Shown here piece after piece: positions 41,369 through 50,881 of a stretch of DNA of 64,000 nt. The DNA comes from Minisyncoccota bacterium (GTDB lineage Bacteria; Patescibacteriota; Minisyncoccia; Phycocordibacterales; JAQTLZ01), in the NCBI GenBank assembly GCA_028711065.1, contig JAQTSY010000003.1, positions 1,136 to 65,135 of the forward strand, given 5' to 3'. The stretch's first letter is position 1, and the number at the start of each line of letters is the position of its first letter. The notes below the pieces were generated by a model, which was not told where the DNA came from, did no database searches, and saw only the letters and a list, made by a program, of their open reading frames with translations. Position numbers and translations under genes: made by a program.

Positions 41369-44266
41369 TTAAACCCTTTCTGCTTCAGAAATCTCCCGAG
41401 CAATTCCTCCTCGAGATAAAACAGAGCCGGCAATCGAAGCTAAATATGCATCTTCAGAAATCTGGCTTTTCACTAATGAAAGAAAACGCTTGAAAATCGC
41501 TTCGGCTTCTTCTCGATCCCCAGTAGACCGAGTAATTTTCGCAAGAGACGCATCAATAACTTCGGCCAATGAAAGTTCAAAATCCTTTTCCTCCTCTCCA
41601 TGCTTCAGTTCATTTTCAATATGGCGCAAAAAGGCCGTTCTCTCATCCAAATCAGCGGGAGCGGGATTTGTAAGATATTTTTGATACGGTGTATACCATA
41701 ATGCATCAAATAAGCGTTCAATCTTTTCCGGTTCATCTTTAGGAATCTCAAGAGAAAGGAGGGAGAAATCAACTGGAGTGATTTGTTTTTTCTTCTTTTT
41801 TGGTTCTGGTCCTTGCGTGGCCTCTTCAGATTTCACTTTTTCTCTGCTCTCTATTATTTTTTCTCTCTTTCGCTCCACATTTTCTCGACGATACCTTTTT
41901 ACAGACCGGATGGGTTTTTGCGACTCATATTGATTCTCTGCAGTAGCGTCAACAAGAAGCGGATAAGGTTTCCCTGAAATATCTGGCATAAGCGCAAAAG
42001 CGACACTATGTGAGCTCCGTTCTTTAATAGCAAGCGCCTCCGCTTTTACACCAGTACATACTCCGGCAGGAATACCCACCCTTCTCATCATAAGAGCCGC
42101 CAGCAAAGCAAAATCCGCGCACACCCCAGCAAAAAAGACTTCGTGTGAAAGCTTTGGTGTCTCTATTTTTATATCTTCTGCGTGCATTTCTATATAATAG
42201 AGCCGATCTTGTATACCGCTTGTTTTCTTGTCCTCGGCGTAAGGATTGGTCAGATCATACGCGCTATTTGTTCGTATAAAATCTTCGATTGCCTCAATTC
42301 GATCAAAAGGTTTCAGTGCTTTTATGCTTTTCAGAAAAATTTCTACCTCGGGTGAAAACCGAGCGTCCGTCTCAAGAAGAGGATCAACGAGTTCATCTCC
42401 AAACTCACTTATTCGTTCTATAAATTTCTTCTGGGAAATTTCTGTGTCGAGAAGCGTTTCATTCCCTTTGAAAATATCGTACTTTGGATGATCTAATCTC
42501 CTCACCTCATCGGGCAATAAAGCGGGAATATTGGGAGAAATAGGGGTATCGATATTTTGAATAGGCCTTTCAATTTGGCCCATTTTCCTTCTGCGGATTC
42601 GCTCTCGTACTGAAAGTTGTTCCTCCTCTTTTTGTCCCTGCACATTCTTCCCGTATCGCCAGTCAAGAGGAATCGGCAAAACACTTTTTCTTGAAGAGGC
42701 AAGAGATACAGTTATTTTTTCTTTGCCTTCAGTTTCTCCTTCGCCCGAAAAAATCTCCCCTTTCTCTGGAAGTTCAAACTTGTACCAAGTTGCATCATCT
42801 TCTGTAAGCTCTCCGAAGAAACCGGTAACAAGGAGCTCTTGGGTTGGAGCGGAAAGTGTCGCGACAGTTTCGGTTTGTTTTTCAAATGATTCTGCATCAC
42901 TTCCATCCAGAGTAGTATATTCTGTCGGAAATAATGGGTTCTCTGAAGGATGAGAAGCGCCGACACCAAACATATATTCCAAGAGTCTCTCTTCAGAGCT
43001 CTTTTTCTTTCTTTCGGCGTTCATTGCCATAATGCGCTTTTGCGCAAGATATGTTCGAAATTCTTTAGGGAAAAGCTGAAGAAAAATCTGTTCAGAAGTC
43101 CTCTCTGGTGAACGATCTCTTTTCGGAAGAATTGCCTCAAGCATAAGTGTCGGGTCCTCTTTCACTGCTTTTGTGGCAAAATCCGCCTCTAGCGCCGTGG
43201 CATAAAATTCACCTCTTCTACGACGTCCGACATAACTCTGCTCCATATACCTTTGTTGCTCTTTTGGGAGCGGTGTTTTGTCCTGCAATAAATCAAGAGA
43301 AGAAGAAAGAAGTTGCTCCCAAGAAGTAACTTTCTTACGTTGAAAAATGTACTTGCCAGATTTTTCATCATACTCCACCTTTCCTTCTTTCACTTTTCGT
43401 AGTCGCTCAACAACCTGTTCTGTGAGCATTTTCCGAAATAATCCCGGGAGCCCCATAAATGGATGGACTCGAGTACGGCGCAAAGCACGCTCATTAAAAT
43501 CAAACGGTGCCTTTTTATTATAATATTTATTATATTCATCCTTAGCTCCTTCTTCAGTAATAAGTCCACGTACAGATGAATGCCTCAATTGAACACCAAC
43601 CATTGTTTTATAGGGACCAAGAAGATTAAGCCTGTCGAGTGCCTTTATAAGCTCATCCACATCATACAAATTCGAAACTTCAACAACATATCGAGATAGA
43701 AGATATAAAAATTGTTCATCTTTTTTGGACAGAATAGTTTCAAATTTTCTATCTTTCAAAAACTCTGAATAGTGTTCGTCTGCTTTTGCCACTCCAGATT
43801 TCTTTCTCGGAGAGAGAAATTCTTCTTCCTTTTCTAAGGAATGATCGGTGTACATATCGTCTTCATAGACTTGATGTAAAAAATCTACAAACTTTTTATG
43901 CAATGCTCCTACCGGAACTAAATCTTTTCCTTTTCTCTCCAGAAAATCTTCATCATCGTCCTCCTCAACCTGCCTGCCAACATCCCTTATCACATCATCG
44001 AGATGATCATACACATCTGAATGTCTATGGCGAAGATCTGAATCCTCCAAAAGTTTCCACCCCCGCTTTCCGCGAATGTCCAGACGGCGCATAAGAACAA
44101 GTCCATCATCAAGCGAAAGCTCGCAGATACGAGAAAGTGCTCCGCGCGCAACTTTTTTATCACCCTCGGTATATTCATGAGTTACAAGATCAAACAACTC
44201 CTTTTTGCTTTGAAGTATCGACTCTCTTTTTGCTTGAAAATCCGGCTCTATTGTCTCTTCTTCCAT
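41369..44266 (-). CDS. Large protein with C-terminal transglutaminase-like (Cys-His-Asp) domain
   Basis: GVCADFA..RRVGIPA..G..SHSV..VDAT; start moved to MEEETI. Confidence 0.75.
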   Translation of the reverse strand: MEEETIEPDFQAKRESILQSKKELFDLVTHEYTEGDKKVARGALSRICELSLDDGLVLMRRLDIRGKRGWKLLEDSDLRHRHSDVYDHLDDVIRDVGRQVEEDDDEDFLERKGKDLVPVGALHKKFVDFLHQVYEDDMYTDHSLEKEEEFLSPRKKSGVAKADEHYSEFLKDRKFETILSKKDEQFLYLLSRYVVEVSNLYDVDELIKALDRLNLLGPYKTMVGVQLRHSSVRGLITEEGAKDEYNKYYNKKAPFDFNERALRRTRVHPFMGLPGLFRKMLTEQVVERLRKVKEGKVEYDEKSGKYIFQRKKVTSWEQLLSSSLDLLQDKTPLPKEQQRYMEQSYVGRRRRGEFYATALEADFATKAVKEDPTLMLEAILPKRDRSPERTSEQIFLQLFPKEFRTYLAQKRIMAMNAERKKKSSEERLLEYMFGVGASHPSENPLFPTEYTTLDGSDAESFEKQTETVATLSAPTQELLVTGFFGELTEDDATWYKFELPEKGEIFSGEGETEGKEKITVSLASSRKSVLPIPLDWRYGKNVQGQKEEEQLSVRERIRRRKMGQIERPIQNIDTPISPNIPALLPDEVRRLDHPKYDIFKGNETLLDTEISQKKFIERISEFGDELVDPLLETDARFSPEVEIFLKSIKALKPFDRIEAIEDFIRTNSAYDLTNPYAEDKKTSGIQDRLYYIEMHAEDIKIETPKLSHEVFFAGVCADFALLAALMMRRVGIPAGVCTGVKAEALAIKERSSHSVAFALMPDISGKPYPLLVDATAENQYESQKPIRSVKRYRRENVERKREKIIESREKVKSEEATQGPEPKKKKKQITPVDFSLLSLEIPKDEPEKIERLFDALWYTPYQKYLTNPAPADLDERTAFLRHIENELKHGEEEKDFELSLAEVIDASLAKITRSTGDREEAEAIFKRFLSLVKSQISEDAYLASIAGSVLSRGGIAREISEAERV

Positions 44267-44412
44267 GCACGAAATAATATCACATTTCATTGACTTGAGG
44301 CTTCGAAATAAGTACTCTGGACGAAGAATCAGAACATCGATTTTAGGCGAAAATTCGCTGAAGCTCGTAGGGCTTTCCCTACCAAGTGCAAATACGGAAG
44401 GAGGGTACGAAA

Positions 44413-45327
44413 TTGGATTCACGCACTGATTTCCGCGGAATCACCGGCGTCCTCGTAGAAAAGGATCCTGTGATCGAGGGAAAGACAAAGGCGGTCTACC
44501 AGGTCGTCGACGAACCGCATGTCGTGCTGGCGTCGAAAGATTCCATCACGGCGGGCAATGGTGCTCGCTGTGAAGATGCCAGTGGGAAGGCCGAAATCTC
44601 CAACGAGATGACCTGTCTCATCTTCAGCTACTTGAAGGAGCAGGGGTTGCCGGTCGCATTCCTAAGGCGCGTTGACAACAAATGTCTCATGGCACTCGCG
44701 CTCAATATGTACAAGCTGGAAGTCGTCGAACGGCACGAAGCGTTCGGTTCGATCTGCAAGCGGGAAGGATTGGAAAAGGGCACCAAGCTTTCGCCACCGC
44801 GTTTCGAACTCTATCTCAAGACGACGGGGCGCGTCTGGGAGATGAACGACAAGAAGTGGGATCTCATCTGCGACGATCCGAGGATGGAAATTGACAGCAA
44901 GATCGTCAAGCTCTACGACCCCGGCGCTGCCCTTAGTGATGCAAAGCCGTTTCTGGAACTGTGCATCAAGGACGTGTTCGAGAACCCCGAACAGGCGCTT
45001 GCCCACATCAAGGAGATGGCGCACATCAATCTGCGGGCAACGCAAGCTATCAGGGATCTCTGCGCGAAGGTGGGAATCAACTGTCCCGACTTCAAGCTTG
45101 AATACGGCATCCACGGTCCGGACGGCCAACTCTATATCGGCGACGTCGCTGATTTCGAGTCCGGCCGCGCGGTGTACAACGGCGCTCCTTCAGGTGAAGA
45201 GCTGTATCCCAATCTCATTGGGCAGCACATCTGCAAGGAATTCTTCCGCAAGGGTGGCGACAAGGACGAGACTGTCTACAGGTACGGAGTCGGTCTCGAT
45301 CTGTTACGGAAAGCCATCGCGGCGTAA
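44413..45327 (+). CDS. SAICAR synthetase (PurC)-like protein
   Basis: EGKTKAVY, KDSITAGNG, LEVVERH.AFGS, DFKLEYG, GDV; TTG start after GGAGG. Confidence 0.75.
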   Translation: MDSRTDFRGITGVLVEKDPVIEGKTKAVYQVVDEPHVVLASKDSITAGNGARCEDASGKAEISNEMTCLIFSYLKEQGLPVAFLRRVDNKCLMALALNMYKLEVVERHEAFGSICKREGLEKGTKLSPPRFELYLKTTGRVWEMNDKKWDLICDDPRMEIDSKIVKLYDPGAALSDAKPFLELCIKDVFENPEQALAHIKEMAHINLRATQAIRDLCAKVGINCPDFKLEYGIHGPDGQLYIGDVADFESGRAVYNGAPSGEELYPNLIGQHICKEFFRKGGDKDETVYRYGVGLDLLRKAIAA

Positions 45328-45386
45328 CAAATCGCCAAGACAATAATGGGTTACAAAGGGAGTCAGCCAAGTGGCCGGCTCCGCTT

Positions 45387-46145
45387 TTATTTTATTTCAT
45401 ACTTCCCTACTTTGGTGCGGATAATATTGAGCGCTAATGCTCCAGTGCCAACTTTCTTTCCAATTTCATACGCAAGTGAACGCATATAGGTTCCACTACT
45501 GCAGGACACTAGGATTTTAATAACTTGGAACGGCTCAACGGACTTTTCTCGTTGAGCCGTTAGTGTTTTCTGCCATAATTCAAAGATTTCTTTTTGGCGA
45601 AAGTCGCCTTTTACACGGGAAATGTCGTCGGAAATTTTCGCCAGAAAATTTCCGACCGAAATCTCGTATTTTTCTAAAAGTTTGATTGAATAAATCTCAA
45701 TTTCTTTTGTGGGAATCTCGACTTCATCAAGCTCGCCACTTTTTGCCAAAGCAAAAAGCGGCTTGCCTCCCACAGTCTTTGAAGAAAACGGCGGATAGGA
45801 CTGCACAAGCTTCCCGACGAAAATTTTGAGAAGCTCCTCAAAATTTTCGTCGGTTTCCCCCTTTTTTATCTTCGTAACCTTCCCCAAAATGTCATAAGTA
45901 TCCGTCTCAATCCCCATCAGGACATCCACCTCATATTCTTTATCGAGTCCGAGATATTTTTCCTTTTCTTTGCATTCCTCCCCCACCAAAGCAATCATCA
46001 CCCCTTCTGCGAGCGGGTCCAACCGCCCAGCATAAGTCATTTTCTCACTAGCAAGCTCCGGCTTGGAAGAGCGAAACCGCTCCAAACATTCAAGCGGAGT
46101 CTCGCCTTTTTCCTTGTATAGATTTATCGGCATTACGCTATACAT
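45387..46145 (-). CDS. truB: tRNA pseudouridine synthase B (short)
   Basis: YAGRLDPLAEG, PPFSS, CSSGTYMRSLA. Confidence 0.88.
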   Translation of the reverse strand: MYSVMPINLYKEKGETPLECLERFRSSKPELASEKMTYAGRLDPLAEGVMIALVGEECKEKEKYLGLDKEYEVDVLMGIETDTYDILGKVTKIKKGETDENFEELLKIFVGKLVQSYPPFSSKTVGGKPLFALAKSGELDEVEIPTKEIEIYSIKLLEKYEISVGNFLAKISDDISRVKGDFRQKEIFELWQKTLTAQREKSVEPFQVIKILVSCSSGTYMRSLAYEIGKKVGTGALALNIIRTKVGKYEIK

Positions 46146-46177
46146 TACTCTTTTCTTACGCTAAAATACACAACATT

Positions 46178-47155
46178 ATGGCTGACAAAAATCTTTCAAC
46201 TGACCCATACAAAGGCGTGCGGGATTTCTATCCCGAGGATATGGCTATCCAAAATTATATTTTTTCAGTGTGGAAAAAGGTTGCGGAAGAATTTAAATAC
46301 CAAGAATACAGCGCATCTCTCCTCGAATATGCCGAACTCTACCGAAGCAAAGGAAGCGATGAAATTGTAAATGAACAGATGTATATTTTCACCGACAAAG
46401 GTGACCGCGAAGTTGCACTTCGTCCTGAAATGACTCCGACCCTCGCTCGAATGGTGGCGGCAAAACGAAAGTCTTGGAAATTCCCTCTCCGTTGGTTCTC
46501 GATTCCAAATTGTTTTCGTTACGAACGCCCACAACGAGGCCGGAAGCGTGAACACTGGCAGTTAAATTGCGACATCATGGGCATTGCGGGAATTGAAGCT
46601 GAAGTAGAAATCATCTCGCTCGCGCACAAAATTATGAAAGAATTTGGCGCGAAAGATGAGGATTTTGAGATTCGATTAGGAAGTCGAGTTTGGCTTAATT
46701 TCCTCACTTTAGAGCTAGGAGACGCCATCAGCTCAGAAGAAAAGAAAAAAAAGTTGTATAGATTAATTGATATAAAAGAAAAAGACAAAGAAAAATACCT
46801 AGCCGGATTAAAGGAATTAGACATACCCCCTTCTGAACTAGAGTTCGATACAGTTTCTGATGAGTTTTTGGAAAAAATTGGTGTTAAAAATCTTTTAGAT
46901 GAATTAGCAAAAAAAGGCATAAAAAATATTCACTTCGATAAAAGTATAGTTCGCGGTTTTGATTACTACACAGGAATGGTCTTCGAAGTCTTCGATACCA
47001 ATCCAGAAAATCGCCGCGCTCTTTTCGGTGGTGGACGCTACGACAATCTACTCGAAATGTTTGGAGTTGACCCAGTCCCAACCGTCGGGTTTGGAATGGG
47101 AGATGTCACTATGCGGGATTTTCTGGAAACTCACAAGCTTCCTTTAACCCGTTAA
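46178..47155 (+). CDS. hisS: Histidine-tRNA ligase, catalytic domain only
   Basis: KGVRDFYP, LRPEMT, RYERPQRGR, RGFDYYTG, GGGRYD. Confidence 0.85.
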   Translation: MADKNLSTDPYKGVRDFYPEDMAIQNYIFSVWKKVAEEFKYQEYSASLLEYAELYRSKGSDEIVNEQMYIFTDKGDREVALRPEMTPTLARMVAAKRKSWKFPLRWFSIPNCFRYERPQRGRKREHWQLNCDIMGIAGIEAEVEIISLAHKIMKEFGAKDEDFEIRLGSRVWLNFLTLELGDAISSEEKKKKLYRLIDIKEKDKEKYLAGLKELDIPPSELEFDTVSDEFLEKIGVKNLLDELAKKGIKNIHFDKSIVRGFDYYTGMVFEVFDTNPENRRALFGGGRYDNLLEMFGVDPVPTVGFGMGDVTMRDFLETHKLPLTR

Positions 47156-47173
47156 AGTTTTAGCTATCGCATT

Positions 47174-47428
47174 ATGCAATATGTTTATGTTTTGCAAAGC
47201 AAAAAAGACGGAGATTTATACACAGGATGTACAAAAGATTTAAAACGGAGGTTTGAATTGCATAATGCAAAAAAAGTCCCAGCTACAGCTCGTAGGACAC
47301 CACTTCGCCTGATATACTACGAAGCGTATCTAAATATGTATGATGCATATAAGCGCGAGAGTTATCTCAAAACGCAGTGGGGAAGAAATTATTTAAAGAA
47401 AACATTGAAGAACTTTTTTAATAGCTAA
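47174..47428 (+). CDS. Small GIY-YIG nuclease
   Basis: YVYVLQS..LYTG.T.DLKRRF..HN..YYE..RESYLK. Confidence 0.9.
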   Translation: MQYVYVLQSKKDGDLYTGCTKDLKRRFELHNAKKVPATARRTPLRLIYYEAYLNMYDAYKRESYLKTQWGRNYLKKTLKNFFNS

Positions 47429-47443
47429 AATTTTCTCGGGTAA

Positions 47444-48019
47444 ATGCGTAAAATTGTTTTCGACATAGAAACAAGAAATATTTTCAGTGAAGTCGGCTCG
47501 AATGACCCAGCAAAACTCGACATCTCTATCGTGTGTGCTTACGATTCCGAGACCGGAGAATATTCTTCATACCTCATGGAAGAATTGCCAAAACTTTGGC
47601 CCCTCATCGAAAAAGCAGATATGCTCGTGGGCTACAATAGTAACCATTTCGATATTCCCCTGTTGAATAAGTACTACCACGGCGACCTTTCAAAAATAAA
47701 AAGTCTCGATATTCTCGAAGAAATACGCAAAGTCCTCGGGCGAAGAGTAAAGCTCGACCAAGTTGCCGAAGCGACGCTTGGCACCAAAAAGTCCGGCCAC
47801 GGCCTCGATGCCATCGTCTGGTGGAAAAAGGGAGAGATAGATAAAGTTCGCAAATACTGTCTTGATGATGTGAAAATTACAAAAGACGTGTATGAATACG
47901 CCCTCAAAAATGGAAAACTTCTCTTCAAGGAAGGCGGAAAAGCAAATGAAATAAAGCTCGACACATCAGGCTGGGAAAAGAAAAATGAAAGCGCGATGAC
48001 ATTTAGCTTGCCCTTCTGA
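47444..48019 (+). CDS. RNase H-like DEDD exonuclease-domain protein (YprB-like)
   Basis: VFDIET, GYNSNHFD, YCLDDV. Confidence 0.85.
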   Translation: MRKIVFDIETRNIFSEVGSNDPAKLDISIVCAYDSETGEYSSYLMEELPKLWPLIEKADMLVGYNSNHFDIPLLNKYYHGDLSKIKSLDILEEIRKVLGRRVKLDQVAEATLGTKKSGHGLDAIVWWKKGEIDKVRKYCLDDVKITKDVYEYALKNGKLLFKEGGKANEIKLDTSGWEKKNESAMTFSLPF

Positions 48020-48059
48020 TATAATAGCCAAACATTACCCACACATTAACTCATTCTTC

Positions 48060-48947
48060 ATGAAATTAAGCACCCCAGTCGCAATCATCGTCGCAGGAGT
48101 CATCATTGCCGGAGCAATTCTTTTGGTACAAACCGGAAAGGTGGGAAATAATAATTCTGCAAACGGAGGAGTCGTAGCACAAGATCACAGCGAAAATGTC
48201 GCTCCTGTGAGCGCAGACGAGCATATCCAAGGAAGCGCAGATGCTCCGATCGTAATGGTGGAATATTCCGACCTCGAATGTCCATTTTGCAAAAACTTCC
48301 ACGTAACACTGGAAGGACTTATGAGTACTTACGGAAAGGACAATAAGCTCGCGTGGGTCTACCGACACTTCCCTCTCGACCGACATCCAAAAGCACCGGC
48401 CGAGGCGCAAGCAAGTGAATGTGCGGCGGAACTTGGGGGCAATGATGGATTCTGGAAATTTGTAACGGGTGTCTACGCAGTCACTCCTTCGAACAACGGA
48501 ATGGATGACGGAGTATACAACACACCGGAACCGGTACCAAAAGACGACGCAGGAGTGCCGTATTACAAAGAAGCAAAGCCAACGAGCGCAAAAGATGCTG
48601 GAATGCTTTCAAAAATCGCTGTGCAAATCGGACTTGAGAAAGCAAAGTTTGAAGATTGCCTCGCAAGCGGAAAGTACAAGCAGAAAGTAACAGACCAGTT
48701 GAATGACGGAGTGCAAGCTGGCGGAAACGGAACTCCTTACACGATAATGGTTCTTAAGAATAAGATTCCCGACGCAGCAAAGAAATATGTTACAGATACA
48801 AACACTGGATTTCTAAAACAAATTAACACTCCCGGCACGCCAGACCTCCTCTTCGTCACAAATGATGGAATGAGAATCGGAGTGAGCGGTGCACAGGACC
48901 CTGCTGTGATGAAGAAGATTATTGATTTGGTACTTGCAGGAAAATAG
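48060..48947 (+). CDS. DsbA-family thioredoxin
   Basis: EYSDLECPFC, YRHFPL, GTP. Confidence 0.92.
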   Translation: MKLSTPVAIIVAGVIIAGAILLVQTGKVGNNNSANGGVVAQDHSENVAPVSADEHIQGSADAPIVMVEYSDLECPFCKNFHVTLEGLMSTYGKDNKLAWVYRHFPLDRHPKAPAEAQASECAAELGGNDGFWKFVTGVYAVTPSNNGMDDGVYNTPEPVPKDDAGVPYYKEAKPTSAKDAGMLSKIAVQIGLEKAKFEDCLASGKYKQKVTDQLNDGVQAGGNGTPYTIMVLKNKIPDAAKKYVTDTNTGFLKQINTPGTPDLLFVTNDGMRIGVSGAQDPAVMKKIIDLVLAGK

Positions 48948-48950
48948 GAT

Positions 48951-49112
48951 GCTCGAAATAGTTTTTGGAAACCCAGAAAACTGCCCCAGCGGGCAGTTTT
49001 CTTTGTGCTGGGCGCCGGCTGCTTTGTGGTATAGTTTTTGCCCGAAGCAAAAATTACACCACAAAGACCCTGCCAGCCTAGCGTGCGCGGGTTTCCAAAA
49101 ACTATTTCGAGC
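48951..49112. mobile_element. MITE-like element with 24-bp perfect terminal inverted repeats
   Basis: GCTCGAAATAGTTTTTGGAAACCC (48951-74) and its reverse complement (49089-112); nested internal hairpins. Confidence 0.6.
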
Positions 49113-49122
49113 TTGCGTGGTA

Positions 49123-50877
49123 CTAGAGAGTTTCTTTCTTCATCGGACACCATTCGCAATCTTTGTCGTCGCACGTATCTGTCAGAAATTTTCCGGACCA
49201 GACACTTTCGATGAGTGATTGGATTTCGTCTTTGACTCGTTTTTCATCTGCCGAGGTGATCGGGAGTGTTATCGTTGGACACCTACCCTTTGAGTCGGGT
49301 TTTATAAAAACAAGAGCCGGCTCTATACTTTTATTTTTATATTTTGTATTCCCCCCGAGCAAAATTTTGTAGAAAATGAGTTGGCGGAAATATCCCCCGT
49401 CGTCGCTTTTTGTTTCTCCTTTTATAGCATTCACACTCATTCCTTCCTTCGTTTTATAGTCATATACGAGCGTCTTATCCTGCCCATCCACTACGACGTC
49501 CAATTTGCCATGGAGCTTCAAAATGACCTCATTTCCGCCATATTTGCCCTCGTATGAGGCCTCTACCCACGTCTCGGTCAATACCTTACCTTCTGAATTA
49601 AGCAGCGAAATAAGGGCTTTTGCCACTTTAGGAGCATCTGCGAGAAGTGTCTCAACAGCGCCCTCTTTTTCAAACATCGGAAGAAGTGAGCGGTCAAAAT
49701 AGGCCTTCACGGTACTCTCAATCGTCGCCACAATACCCTCTTCGCTCTTATTGTCTTGGTGCCACACATACGAAAGCGCTTCATGCATAGCGTTTCCTTT
49801 TTCCGATGCCACACTTGGCGCTTCCGGCACTTTCAAAATACTTTTATATAAAAATTGGCTCGGGCAAGTCAGAAAATGATTGAGTGCGGTCACCGAAAGC
49901 CCCGATTCGGTCAAAACATTTTTTGCATACTCAATAATCTCCATTTTCTGCTTTTCTTCCCCCCCACTAGCAAGAACGGTTCTTGCTAGTGGGTTTCCAA
50001 ACAGAGCCGGTAGATCGGTCTGCGAAATAGATTTGGCGTCGAGCTCGGAAATAAATCGAAGCGGAGTAAATTCTTTTTTCAAAGCGTCTTGGAGCGGAGC
50101 AATTATCGAAGCGTGTTTTTTCGCCCGTGTGAGTGCTACATAGAAAAGTCGGCGGGCATCTCGCACTTCGTCTTCATCTCCTTTTTCTCGGGGCAAGATA
50201 AACGAGCTTCCGTGTCCGCGGGAGAGCCACGCTTCGTCTGTGGCATACGGCAAAAAGACATAATCAAACTCGAGCCCTTTGGAGCCGTGAGCCGTCATCA
50301 CCCGCACCTGCGAATCCGGCCGGCCCACTGTTATCTTTACGCTTTTCGTCTCCGCTGATTGCCGGTATGCCAGAAGTTCTTCGATTAAAACGCTCGGTGA
50401 TTGAATACTTTTTTCTTCCGCAATATCACTCGCGAGTGCAACAATCGTTCGCCAGACTTCCGCAGAAAGAGGATTTCTTTCCGCGAGCGTTTCAAATCCA
50501 GAAAGTTTCGCCGCGAGAACTAGGAAGTTTATCGCTCCGTCTTTGGTTATTTCTTTTTGGAGCTTCGCAATGGCGGGAATTTCGCTCCGCGAAATTCCCG
50601 CAAAGTCCCCTGCTCGTATCAAACGAATAAGTGCAGTCTTGCGAGCAAAATCAAGATTCCACAACCCCCCAGCAACAGTCCGAGCCAGTGCCTCCACATT
50701 CCCCGGATTCGCCAGGTATTCAATCAAATCAAAATAGAGCGCCCCGACAGGATGCGAAAAAATATCCGCTCCGCGTTCCGCCGAAGCCGGTATTCCATTT
50801 TGCTCGAGCAAAGCAAGTACCCGCTCCACATCCCGATTCCGTCGGACAATTATTGCGATAGTTGGTTTCTCTTTCAC
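49123..50877 (-). CDS. C-terminal half of a UvrD-like helicase plus PD-(D/E)XK nuclease
   Basis: IAIIVRRN, MTAHGSKGLEF, RRLFYVALTRAK, GKLDVV..DYKT, Cys cluster C..CEWC. Confidence 0.88.
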   Translation of the reverse strand: MKEKPTIAIIVRRNRDVERVLALLEQNGIPASAERGADIFSHPVGALYFDLIEYLANPGNVEALARTVAGGLWNLDFARKTALIRLIRAGDFAGISRSEIPAIAKLQKEITKDGAINFLVLAAKLSGFETLAERNPLSAEVWRTIVALASDIAEEKSIQSPSVLIEELLAYRQSAETKSVKITVGRPDSQVRVMTAHGSKGLEFDYVFLPYATDEAWLSRGHGSSFILPREKGDEDEVRDARRLFYVALTRAKKHASIIAPLQDALKKEFTPLRFISELDAKSISQTDLPALFGNPLARTVLASGGEEKQKMEIIEYAKNVLTESGLSVTALNHFLTCPSQFLYKSILKVPEAPSVASEKGNAMHEALSYVWHQDNKSEEGIVATIESTVKAYFDRSLLPMFEKEGAVETLLADAPKVAKALISLLNSEGKVLTETWVEASYEGKYGGNEVILKLHGKLDVVVDGQDKTLVYDYKTKEGMSVNAIKGETKSDDGGYFRQLIFYKILLGGNTKYKNKSIEPALVFIKPDSKGRCPTITLPITSADEKRVKDEIQSLIESVWSGKFLTDTCDDKDCEWCPMKKETL

Positions 50878-50881
50878 ACCT

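Noticed and set aside
49991-50001. GGGTTTCCAAA shared with the TIR at 49089
   Set aside because: An 11-nt match alone is too weak to infer a relationship
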